This document shows positions 1-8,593 of a DNA stretch of 47,070 nucleotides, piece after piece. A model generated the notes under the pieces. It ran no database searches, had not been told where the DNA came from, and worked only from the letters and a program-made list of their open reading frames with translations. Positions within the stretch are counted from its first letter, which is position 1; every line of letters starts with the position of its first letter. Location: IMG/VR virus record IMGVR_UViG_3300011337_000086, positions 1 to 47,070 of that record; one strand, 5' to 3'. This DNA comes from a virus. Its lineage: Duplodnaviria > Caudoviricetes. The position numbers and the translations under genes are program-made.

Positions 1-2
1 CT

Positions 3-419
3 AGCCGTGTGAGTATGTTTAACGCTGAGCAGGGTAATGCTATGAAGCAGTTCAATGCTGGTGAGACTAACACCAACAGAAGGTTTAATGCTCAGCTAAG
101 AACACAACGTGATCAGTTCAATGCTAACAACTCTCTGGTGATTGCACAGGCTAATGCCCAGTGGAGACAGAACGTAGCTACAATAAATACTGCTGCCCAG
201 AATACTGCCAACCTTGAAGCTGTTAGGGCGCAGAATGGTCTGACTACCCAAGCACTGGATAACATCTGGCAAAACGAACGTGATACCCTATCTTTTGCCT
301 TTCAATCTTATGAGTCTGAACGGGACAGGGCCACACAGCTATTACTTGAAGGTAAAGCTGAAAAAGCGAAAGAGTCGCAAAATAAAGCTGCCTTCTTCTT
401 AAAATTGCTATTTGGTTAA
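3..419 (+). CDS. C-terminal part of a probable internal virion protein (5'-truncated by window)
   Basis: Frame open to window start; Q/N/A-rich helical repeats (QFNA); at the distal end of the structural arm. Confidence 0.65.
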   Translation, partial: SRVSMFNAEQGNAMKQFNAGETNTNRRFNAQLRTQRDQFNANNSLVIAQANAQWRQNVATINTAAQNTANLEAVRAQNGLTTQALDNIWQNERDTLSFAFQSYESERDRATQLLLEGKAEKAKESQNKAAFFLKLLFG

Positions 420-431
420 GGAATAATAATA

Positions 432-1118
432 ATGGACTATGCTAAAGGCTACAAGACAGCATCTTCTCTTGCAGATAGTATTAGACAAGCGGCTCTCTCT
501 GGTAATAAGGTAAAGGTTGGAAGCGGTCTTGCCTCTCGTATGGCTAAGACGGAACAAAAGTCTGAAAGCTCTACTGACCTCGTAGCACAATATATGAGCT
601 TTACAAAAGACCTTTTTGAACCTGTTGCAGCACAAAAACAACAGATGCCAACCACTCCTGCAGGGTCGCCTGTGGGTGCTGTTAATACTTCAGGCTCGCT
701 TACAGGTTTTATCTCTGCTGACGTTAGTGACAAGGGTATCAGACGTATTCTTTCGGCACTCAAGAGCAAAGAGTCCAGTGGGGATTACAATGCTAAGAAC
801 CCTAAGAGTTCTGCTTCTGGTGGGTATCAGTTTATTGACAGCACTTGGCAAAGCCTGTCGAAAAAGTATGGTGTGGGTACAGAATACAAAACCGCTAAGT
901 CTGCACCAACTGAAGTACAGGATGTTGTAGCTGCAATGTACGTTCAAGACATTCTTGCTGAAAACAACAACGATGTTACAAAAGTTCCTGTTGTTTGGTA
1001 CACAGGTAACTCTACTGGTAGGATGAGTGAAAAAGCCTTGACTGCTAATAACGGCCTCACGGCTGATAGGTATCAGGCTGACTATATGCGTAGATACAAT
1101 GCAATGTCTGGAGAATAA
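432..1118 (+). CDS. Virion-associated lytic transglycosylase/lysozyme-fold protein
   Basis: C-terminal 'ALKSKESSGDYNAKN...SASGGYQFIDSTW' = catalytic ES plus GxxQ motif. Confidence 0.8.
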   Translation: MDYAKGYKTASSLADSIRQAALSGNKVKVGSGLASRMAKTEQKSESSTDLVAQYMSFTKDLFEPVAAQKQQMPTTPAGSPVGAVNTSGSLTGFISADVSDKGIRRILSALKSKESSGDYNAKNPKSSASGGYQFIDSTWQSLSKKYGVGTEYKTAKSAPTEVQDVVAAMYVQDILAENNNDVTKVPVVWYTGNSTGRMSEKALTANNGLTADRYQADYMRRYNAMSGE

Positions 1119-1120
1119 GA

Positions 1121-1621
1121 ATGGATATGTTTAATGCCCCTATTCCCGGACAGTCGCTGACTACGGAACCTAAAGGGTATCCTTGGGAACGACCACCAGA
1201 GATTAACGACCCAGAGGAAGCTATCCAGTATCACCTTGCCCGTCTTTCTGAACCAGAGATGCTTGATGGTATTCTTGACTTGATTGAAGTGGATGAACTA
1301 GATGTAAAGACTCTTACTGCTGGTATCATGCGTGGTGCAGTAGCTAAGGGTATGCACACTATTGATGTTGCATTGTTGGTTGCACCTGTTGTACATGAGT
1401 TTATTAAGCAGGGTGCTATCGCTTTTGGCCTTAATCCTGATGATGGCTTTGAGGACAAAGAAGAAAAAGCTGAGTATACCAAAGCAAAGAATACTAACCT
1501 CGCTAAGAAGATGATTAAAGAGATGCCACCAGTGATGCCAGAAGAAAAACTAGTTGTATCCCCCGCAGAACAAGTTACTGCAGAAAAGCCTAAGGGTCTG
1601 ATGTCAAGAGGAGATAGATAA
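1121..1621 (+). CDS. Hypothetical virion protein
   Basis: 166 aa ORF, GGAG RBS, tightly packed in the operon. Confidence 0.75.
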   Translation: MDMFNAPIPGQSLTTEPKGYPWERPPEINDPEEAIQYHLARLSEPEMLDGILDLIEVDELDVKTLTAGIMRGAVAKGMHTIDVALLVAPVVHEFIKQGAIAFGLNPDDGFEDKEEKAEYTKAKNTNLAKKMIKEMPPVMPEEKLVVSPAEQVTAEKPKGLMSRGDR

Positions 1622-2658
1622 TGGGTTTTTGGCAGGGTATGAATGAAGGCTTGACGTATGTGCTTGATCAGCAAGCTGCAAAAGCTTCTGAAGAAAAAGC
1701 CTACGCTTTCAAAAGGGAAGAATACCAACAGACTCTCTTAGCTCAGCGACAAGAGCGTTATCTAGAGAGGCTTGCACAAAGGGTGGAAAAAGAAGATAGT
1801 ATGAAAGCACAAGTTGGTGCAGCTATCAGTTTAGGTTTAACAGGTAAAACTGCTGTAGCTCTACAGAATACGGGACAGCTTAGTCTTTTTCTTGATCAGT
1901 ATGATAAGAATAAAAAAGTTGACCCAAAATTTGTTGAAGACCTTAACCTTACCGTGTCTAAGTATCTTGAAGAAGCTGATGATGAAACTATTTCTGCTGC
2001 TATGATCAATGGTGTATCTACTGAAAGAGACACAACAGACCCAGAAGAATCTGCTACGGCACTGGTTGAAGCTATCTATGGTGCAACTACCCCAGAACAG
2101 TTGGATGAGATCAGTCAAAAGGTCTATGCCCCCACTGAGAGTACTGCAATGGAACCCTTCAAGTTGGACTTTGGGTACACATCTGGCCCAGAGGAAACTG
2201 AAACTAAGAATATCCGAAATGAAATCGCATCTGCTTTGCAGGTTCAGTTTAATGACGCTTTCACTATAAATGAGCGTACAGGTGATCTAACCATTGCACA
2301 GAATGCTGACAGAAGTGTGGCAAATCTTTTTGCTATGGCTGAGGAACGTGCAAGAGAGTTGGCATTTGGGCCTGAACGTAGCCTGAGTCCAACAGATGCT
2401 GCCGCTTTTGTGTCAGGCCAAATCCGTACTGCAGTTACCACAGGTAACATTGGTGCAAAAGCTCTTGTAGATAACTTTGATGCAGTCTTAACAGACCCTA
2501 AGACTTTTGCAGAAACCTTTGTACAACCAGCACCTGTAGTTCCAGTTGTTCCTGTTAACCCTACTGAAACAGAGGCTGAGGTTGGACAGCTTGGTAATGC
2601 CCTTGCGGATGCTCCCTTTGGAAGTATAGTGGACGAGAACATGGGGCTAGGACAGTAA
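1621..2658 (+). CDS. Probable internal virion (ejection) protein
   Basis: 345 aa, TAATG coupling on both sides, position before the largest virion ORF. Confidence 0.65.
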   Translation: MGFWQGMNEGLTYVLDQQAAKASEEKAYAFKREEYQQTLLAQRQERYLERLAQRVEKEDSMKAQVGAAISLGLTGKTAVALQNTGQLSLFLDQYDKNKKVDPKFVEDLNLTVSKYLEEADDETISAAMINGVSTERDTTDPEESATALVEAIYGATTPEQLDEISQKVYAPTESTAMEPFKLDFGYTSGPEETETKNIRNEIASALQVQFNDAFTINERTGDLTIAQNADRSVANLFAMAEERARELAFGPERSLSPTDAAAFVSGQIRTAVTTGNIGAKALVDNFDAVLTDPKTFAETFVQPAPVVPVVPVNPTETEAEVGQLGNALADAPFGSIVDENMGLGQ

Positions 2659-5600
2659 TGGGTAGCTACCTAGAAGAGGTTGATGGTAAGGACTTTATGG
2701 AACTTAAGGATAACCCTGAGTTTCAAAAAGACCTTGTGCTGTTCTTTAGAAGTTCTCGTTATGGTCTGTCTGGTGACGAGATGAAAGAACTTGGGGCAGA
2801 AGGCTTAACAGATAAGTTTGTTGAGCATATGCGCTGGCAGGATACTAATGAGATTACTGCACTCAAGGACTACAACTATGTAAAGCAAGAGAACCTTCCC
2901 CCAGAAGAGTTGAAGTCTTTTGGTAATCTTATGATGGCCTATGACAGGGCTGAGGGCGGTGGTACAGGTAAGTTGGATGGTGCAATGGACTACCTGTCAG
3001 CCTTCGCTACATCTCCCAGTACTCTTGCCACAGTAGGTACGGCTGGTTGGGGTGTAGGTTCTAAGCTTGCTGCAAAGGCATCTGGTAAAGCTGCACAGCT
3101 ACTAATGCGTCAGACTATCTCTGAGCTTGTGCGTAAGGGTGTTGCCACTGGTGCTGTGAAAGATCAAGTTGCAGGCACAATCGCTAAACAAGCCCTCATG
3201 GGTGGTGTATCTTCTGCTGTAGTGGAAGGTTCTCTTGGTGCTGGTCAATCTTTCCTGCAGGGGAAGACTCGTGAGAAAGCTACTGGGGAAGAGTACACGA
3301 CAGGAAACCTTCTTCGTGATGGACTTGTTGCAGCCACTATTGGTGGTGCATTGGGTTCTGCCACCCGTGCCTTGGATACAAAGACACAGCGTAGTCTTGT
3401 AGAGAACCTTATCGCCCGTGATGCTTCAAACCTTGCGACTAAGACTGCTGGTAGCACTGCTGCTAAAACAACGATAACCTCAGTAAAACCTGCAAAAGTT
3501 TCTGCTGCTGCTGATCGTGCAGTCTCTACAGCATTGGCCTTAGAGGCACGTTTCAAGGGTGTTAAGCTTGACCCTCTTGATCCTAAGTTGGTTGAGAAGG
3601 GTAATCTCCTTAAGAAGGAAATCTTGAATGGTAAGGTAGATAGGTTTATCACAAGTAACCTTTCTATTGATACTCTGCGTAATATCACTGCTGCTACTAT
3701 TGAGATGACAGAGGGTTTGAAAGTTAAACCCAATGAGCGTATCTCTTCTGCTGTTGCAAAAGGTCTGCAAGCTGGTAAGATTGACAGCAGCTACTTGACT
3801 AACCTACGTAATAAGTATGGTCTATCAAAAGAACAAACCTCTTATATCTTTCTGGCTGACTTGTCTCAGGCTGGTAAGACATTGGCGGAAGCAAGTTACA
3901 TTAAGCAAGCTCAGACTCGTTCCACAGCAAAGGCTGCTGCAAAAGAAAAGGTCGAGGCAACTACAAGAGACTTGGACTTTTTGGCAGAGAGTGGACTTGA
4001 AACTCTGGCTGATTCTGAACTGCGTGATGTTGCTGCTAGTGTGTATAAGGATAAGGGCAACCCTCTCTACAATGCACTGAAAGAGGCAGATTCTATTCGT
4101 ATTGCCTTTATGACCTCTCAGCTTGGGACTACTGCTGCTAACACCATCACCTCTGCTGGTAACGTACTTATTGATATGTCCGACCAATTCTGGAAGAATG
4201 TAGCCAACGTCACTGTAGGTAAAAAGGTTGGTGATAAAGTCCAACGTAAGTGGGTGGGTGGAACTCTCTCCACAATCAAAGGGCTTTCTTGGAATAAGGG
4301 TGACGCAAAACTCTTCAAAGAGGTTTTCTTTGAGGAACAACCAGAACAATACTCTGAACTCTTCTATGAAGCTACTCGTGCTGAGACAGCCTCTGAAAGT
4401 ACCTCTCGCTTGGCTAAGGTTGGCAGAGGGGTCAACGTATTGAACTCCACTGTGGACTCTGTGTTTAAGCAGGGTGTCCTCTACTCTAGTGTAGACAGAC
4501 AGTTGAGGGACATTGCTGATCCTGCTATTGGTAAAAATCTCGGTGAGTTCCTAGCGAAGAAAATCCCACTAGATAATCTTCCAGAAGGTGTTATGACCAA
4601 GGCTATTGATGATGCTCGTAGGTTTACCTTCCAGCGTTCATACAGGGGTGACAAGTCTGCCTTTGGTAAGGTAGCACAAGGTGTTATCGACGCACACCAC
4701 AAGCTACCCTTTGTTGTATCCGCAGGTGCAGGTATCCCTTTCCCAAGGTACATTGCCAACCACCTTGAACACATAAATGACTACACCCCTATTGGCCTTA
4801 TGACTGGTGGCCTAAATAAGTATGATAGTGTTGTCTTTGGAGATGTCAACAAGACTGGTCAGGATCGTTTTGCACGGCAGATGACAGGGGCTTCCCTCTT
4901 TATGTTGGGTGCATACACTGCTGCATCTACTGAAGGTACTGTTGACTACGACAAGCTCAAAACAGATACGGGTCTTGTTGACCTGAGCCGTACTGCTGGC
5001 CCTTGGTTGATGAATATGTACTTGGGTGACCTGTACTACCGTTGGAAGAATGACCTACCGACAGAGGGTATCATTAGCACTATGATGGATATCTCTGTTG
5101 GTCAGACTGACATAGGTATTGATGCTCCCTTACTTACAGAGCTAGCAAAGAGTTATGACGAAGGTGTACTGACAGTTGGTCTTGCTAGGTCGTTGGGAGA
5201 CATTGCTGCTACGTTCACTTACCCCCTAACTCCAACACGGGACTTCTATGGTCAGGTTAACCCTGAGCTAGGCACTACGCCCTATACAAGAGAAGTCTTT
5301 GGGGGAGACTTAGATAAACCTGAAACATTTGGTGAGGGTAACTTTGTAGATGAAATGATCCGCAGAGCAACACGCTTCTTACCAGAGGTAGACTTTGTAC
5401 AATACGCACAGGGCTATAATGGTAAGTCAGCTATCCCATACTACAGCCCGTTTAGTTCAACTCCTCTTGGAACTTTTGACCCTCTGTCTAAGCAACTAGG
5501 TATGCAGACTTCCGCAAAACCCAATCAGTTACAGGAAGAGATGAGCCGTATGCAAATCAAGGAGTTTGAAATCTATGGTAACAAGACTGTAGAAAACCCT

Positions 5601-6080
5601 GCAGTAGATGTTTATGTAAGAGAGATTCTAGGTAAGAACCTACCTAGGAAGTTCTTTGCTTGGAGGGATCAAGTTAAGCATGGTGGTAGGTTTGGTGATA
5701 AAACTTACAGTGAGATTACAGATACCGAAGACCAGAGGTACTTGTTGAATCAATTTATTGTTGATGAGATTACCAAGGCCAAGGGTCAAGTAGCAGATAG
5801 CTTCACTGAACTCTTAGATAAAAAACCTAAGCTGGCTGCAGGGTATCTTCGTAACCTCTACGTCATTGAGGAACGACAGGCTATCAAAAAGTCTGGTGAT
5901 AAAGGTATCTATAACACCGCAGTAAAAACTTTTACCAACGGAAAATTTGCGGATGCTGCTTCCTACCTTGGCGACTCTGAGGGTATTGAGGAAGAGCTTA
6001 GTAGGAGACAGGATATTATGAAGTGGTCTACTCAGATGAGTTCTGGGTTTGAGGGCTTCCCAGATCAAAGAGTAGAATAA
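2658..6080 (+). CDS. Large internal virion (ejection) protein
   Basis: 1140 aa, A/G-rich helical N-half, last gene of structural arm as in podoviruses. Confidence 0.7.
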   Translation: MGSYLEEVDGKDFMELKDNPEFQKDLVLFFRSSRYGLSGDEMKELGAEGLTDKFVEHMRWQDTNEITALKDYNYVKQENLPPEELKSFGNLMMAYDRAEGGGTGKLDGAMDYLSAFATSPSTLATVGTAGWGVGSKLAAKASGKAAQLLMRQTISELVRKGVATGAVKDQVAGTIAKQALMGGVSSAVVEGSLGAGQSFLQGKTREKATGEEYTTGNLLRDGLVAATIGGALGSATRALDTKTQRSLVENLIARDASNLATKTAGSTAAKTTITSVKPAKVSAAADRAVSTALALEARFKGVKLDPLDPKLVEKGNLLKKEILNGKVDRFITSNLSIDTLRNITAATIEMTEGLKVKPNERISSAVAKGLQAGKIDSSYLTNLRNKYGLSKEQTSYIFLADLSQAGKTLAEASYIKQAQTRSTAKAAAKEKVEATTRDLDFLAESGLETLADSELRDVAASVYKDKGNPLYNALKEADSIRIAFMTSQLGTTAANTITSAGNVLIDMSDQFWKNVANVTVGKKVGDKVQRKWVGGTLSTIKGLSWNKGDAKLFKEVFFEEQPEQYSELFYEATRAETASESTSRLAKVGRGVNVLNSTVDSVFKQGVLYSSVDRQLRDIADPAIGKNLGEFLAKKIPLDNLPEGVMTKAIDDARRFTFQRSYRGDKSAFGKVAQGVIDAHHKLPFVVSAGAGIPFPRYIANHLEHINDYTPIGLMTGGLNKYDSVVFGDVNKTGQDRFARQMTGASLFMLGAYTAASTEGTVDYDKLKTDTGLVDLSRTAGPWLMNMYLGDLYYRWKNDLPTEGIISTMMDISVGQTDIGIDAPLLTELAKSYDEGVLTVGLARSLGDIAATFTYPLTPTRDFYGQVNPELGTTPYTREVFGGDLDKPETFGEGNFVDEMIRRATRFLPEVDFVQYAQGYNGKSAIPYYSPFSSTPLGTFDPLSKQLGMQTSAKPNQLQEEMSRMQIKEFEIYGNKTVENPAVDVYVREILGKNLPRKFFAWRDQVKHGGRFGDKTYSEITDTEDQRYLLNQFIVDEITKAKGQVADSFTELLDKKPKLAAGYLRNLYVIEERQAIKKSGDKGIYNTAVKTFTNGKFADAASYLGDSEGIEEELSRRQDIMKWSTQMSSGFEGFPDQRVE

Positions 6081-6081
6081 A

Positions 6082-6118
6082 CAAAAGAGAGGGAGCCGAA
6101 AGGCTCCCTTTAAGTTTT
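6082..6118. terminator. Bidirectional rho-independent terminator
   Basis: AGGGAGCC-GAAA-GGCTCCCT hairpin (6090-6109), A-rich left and T-rich right flanks, between convergent arms. Confidence 0.85.
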
Positions 6119-6139
6119 GCGCGGTGGATGTTCTCGTTG

Positions 6140-6388
6140 TTAATCATCAAGCATAAAGTCGGCCCAGTCCTCTGCCTCACGCTTGATTTCATCCCTACGT
6201 ACCAGACCTGTAGACCTAGACAGTAGGGCATTCATTGCCATCCCCATTAAGTAGATACGGGATGTCATAGGTTTAGGTGGCCCACCAAACTTCTTCTTAG
6301 CGGTGAACTGCTTGGCCTCTTCTTCGAGGGGTATCATAGTTGTTTCAACTGGTTTCTCTCTAGGTTTGATCAGCGTTGTTTTCTTCAT
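6140..6388 (-). CDS. Hypothetical protein
   Basis: ORF, probable start MKKTT at 6388; last gene of the minus arm. Confidence 0.7.
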   Translation of the reverse strand: MKKTTLIKPREKPVETTMIPLEEEAKQFTAKKKFGGPPKPMTSRIYLMGMAMNALLSRSTGLVRRDEIKREAEDWADFMLDD

Positions 6389-6638
6389 TGTCCACTTCCT
6401 CAACTAATCTTGCCAGATACCACTGTGCTTTCTTCAAGTCTTCTAGTCCATTCTTGTAGCGCCAACGATGCAGATACTTTGCGACATTACCTCGTAGATA
6501 CCCGATGTATTCATCATACGTCAGGAAGTCCGCAATGTAATCAATACACTCAATGTCACCCTGACCATAGTGCTTTGGGTGATTCACATTGTCTGTTTTT
6601 GCTTCTTCTTCATCAGTTTCAAAATGCCACTTAGCCAT
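6360..6638 (-). CDS. DUF3310 family protein (T7 gp1.7/SaV-like)
   Basis: 'DNVNHPKHY..GDIECIDYI...GNVAKYLHRWRYKNGLEDLKKAQWYL' signature. Confidence 0.85.
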   Translation of the reverse strand: MAKWHFETDEEEAKTDNVNHPKHYGQGDIECIDYIADFLTYDEYIGYLRGNVAKYLHRWRYKNGLEDLKKAQWYLARLVEEVDNEENNADQT

Positions 6639-6914
6639 TATAGCTTCTCTCCCTCGTATCTACTTAGGTATGTTATTGCTTCTTTAAGAAGCTCTATGTT
6701 ATCTTTTAGGTTTCCTATACCTGCATTACAATGGTGACATAAAAGACCCCGTACTTTGCCTGTAGTAACGAACTACTTCTGTCTTTTGTAGTATACTTTG
6801 TGCCTTATTACCACATTCTTTGCACCTAGAAACGTAGCCGTGTTTCCTTGATGACCTTTTCCAAAAATCTGTTAACTCTTTTGTTTCATTACATCCAGAA
6901 CATACTTTACTCAT
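6638..6914 (-). pseudogene. Endonuclease VII-type homing endonuclease, internally deleted and frameshifted
   Basis: Frame 1 gives the N-terminal zinc finger (CSGC..CKEC); a different frame from ~6768 gives 'TGKVRGLLCHHCNAGIGNLKD...'; the central CxxC/VDH part is missing; 277 nt is not a multiple of 3. Confidence 0.8.
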
Positions 6915-7615
6915 AACCCACTGGCCTCGAATGCAATAATCCATTGCTTACAGATATCACTACGAACAATATCATCAACACCAAACTCAATGGTTGGAAT
7001 GTCCATGTTGTACTTCTTAGCTAGATGCAGAATCTTACTAAGACCACTCTGTTGATTGATGTCACTCTGTTTGATATCACCATTGATAACAATAGTACAC
7101 TCTTTACCTACACGAGTCAATAGCATTTTCATCTCATGGATCGTAAGGTTCTGTGCTTCATCCACAATAATGAAAGACTTGTTGAAGCTACGTCCACGCA
7201 TGACAGACAGGGGAACCATCTGAATATTGCCAGCCTTCATCCCCGTCTCAACAACATTCTTACCTAGCTGTTGTTCCAGTACGTCAAGCACTGGCATGAT
7301 CCACGGAGTGTACTTCTCTTCAAGAGTTCCCGGAAGATACCCAAGGTCTTTACCTACAGCAATGTTAGGTCGAGTGATGATGATACGGTCAATCTTTCGA
7401 TTAGCATACAGATTAGCTGCATGGGATGCGGCGATAAAGGTCTTACCCGTACCACTGAAACCTGTCACAATGATCTGACTATGTGAATGTAATGCAGAGA
7501 TATACCGCTGCTGTGTATCATTCATAGCCACAAGCTTTACAGTACGGACAGCAGCTTCCTCTGGTGCATTCTTGTAGCGACTCACTCGTTTGCCCTTAGG
7601 CTTACCCTCATCCAT
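6911..7615 (-). CDS. phoH: PhoH-like ATPase
   Basis: GFSGTGKT, 'LGYLPGTLEEK', 'MRGRSF', 'DEAQN', 'GDIKQSD'. Confidence 0.95.
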   Translation of the reverse strand: MDEGKPKGKRVSRYKNAPEEAAVRTVKLVAMNDTQQRYISALHSHSQIIVTGFSGTGKTFIAASHAANLYANRKIDRIIITRPNIAVGKDLGYLPGTLEEKYTPWIMPVLDVLEQQLGKNVVETGMKAGNIQMVPLSVMRGRSFNKSFIIVDEAQNLTIHEMKMLLTRVGKECTIVINGDIKQSDINQQSGLSKILHLAKKYNMDIPTIEFGVDDIVRSDICKQWIIAFEASGL

Positions 7616-7838
7616 CAGCCAGTTCCTTAAACATCTCTTCTAGCTCTGTGTAACCACCAATAACTTCTGTGTGTTGAATAACCAGTGGAACCTTTCGGTA
7701 TCCACCTTTCAACATAATGGCTACCACCCAAGTATTCTCAGTGCAGTCGATGTACTGAAACTCTCGTCCCTTGTCTGTGAGTAGTTGCTTGGCTTTGTCG
7801 CACCAGTGGCAGTCAGGTCTTCCAATAATTGTATACAC
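7608..7838 (-). CDS. Glutaredoxin/NrdH-like protein
   Basis: CHWC active site, 'KVPLV', 'IGGYTEL'; GTG start with AAGGAG RBS. Confidence 0.9.
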   Translation of the reverse strand: MYTIIGRPDCHWCDKAKQLLTDKGREFQYIDCTENTWVVAIMLKGGYRKVPLVIQHTEVIGGYTELEEMFKELADG

Positions 7839-7854
7839 GTTAACTCCTTGTTAT

Positions 7855-8000
7855 GTTCTAGAGGTAGGACGAGGGGCGCTATAACCCTAAGCCTTGCCAG
7901 CTTATCCCAATTCCCTTGTGGTTGATCAATCCCACTCACTGTGTAACATCCACAGTTTAGGCCGAAGCCTAGGTCAGACGCTTATCTTTATCCCTTTTCT
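7855..8000 (-). ncRNA. Candidate structured RNA (unassigned)
   Basis: Five consecutive hairpins in an intergenic gap, including TAGGC-TTCG-GCCTA and ACTGTG-N7-CACAGT. Confidence 0.4.
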
Positions 8001-8007
8001 TTGGTAT

Positions 8008-8041
8008 GAAACCTAGGACAAAAGCTTATCCTGTCCTAGGT
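8008..8041 (-). terminator. Stem-loop, possible terminator or processing site
   Basis: 10-bp stem ACCTAGGACA/TGTCCTAGGT followed by a short T run on the minus strand. Confidence 0.5.
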
Positions 8042-8053
8042 ATTGTAACATGG

Positions 8054-8593
8054 TTAGGTCAAGTCAACAATCTCACAAGCATCACCAGATACAAGGTGAC
8101 AAAGATGGACAAAGTAGTCCTGAGAGTAGTGACGTTTCATCATATTAACATCCTTATGTAGCCACTGCACGTTACCTTCCTCGTAACCCTTCGAACTATC
8201 TATTCGGTCTAGTGAGGCTGTCTTATCCTTGATAGAGATTTTGAGGCCCGTCAAGGCACACTTACCTCTCTGCACTACATCCAATAAGTTTGCAATAGAC
8301 TCTATCGTGATCTTAAAAAGGATAGGCTTACGTCCCTTTCCACCTTCAGCACCCCTTTTGAGTGAACTAAAATAAGTAGCAGAAACGGTTCCACAACCCT
8401 TCCAGTTTCTTGGTTTTCGTTTTAAGCAGCCACAGTGTGTTGTATTACCTTGCAGTAAGTGGGTGCCTAAAAGAACTTTTTCAATACCACAGGAACATTT
8501 TACGTGGTATCTGTAGTGTCCATTACGAGAAACCTCGGCCACCCCTACAACGTAGAGGGAGCCAAAAGTTTTACCTGTCAAATCTTTCTTCAA
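8054..8593 (-). CDS. Free-standing HNH-type homing endonuclease
   Basis: 'DLTGKTFGSL' N-terminus, 'CALTG...SLDRIDSSKGYEEGNVQWLHKDVNMMK'. Confidence 0.85.
   Translation of the reverse strand: MKKDLTGKTFGSLYVVGVAEVSRNGHYRYHVKCSCGIEKVLLGTHLLQGNTTHCGCLKRKPRNWKGCGTVSATYFSSLKRGAEGGKGRKPILFKITIESIANLLDVVQRGKCALTGLKISIKDKTASLDRIDSSKGYEEGNVQWLHKDVNMMKRHYSQDYFVHLCHLVSGDACEIVDLT

Noticed and set aside
7855-8000. Cobalamin riboswitch, tmRNA or hammerhead ribozyme
   Set aside because: AGGGAA, GCCCC and ACTGT occur but in the wrong order and downstream of nrdJ; no tRNA-like ends or CUGANGA/GAAA core
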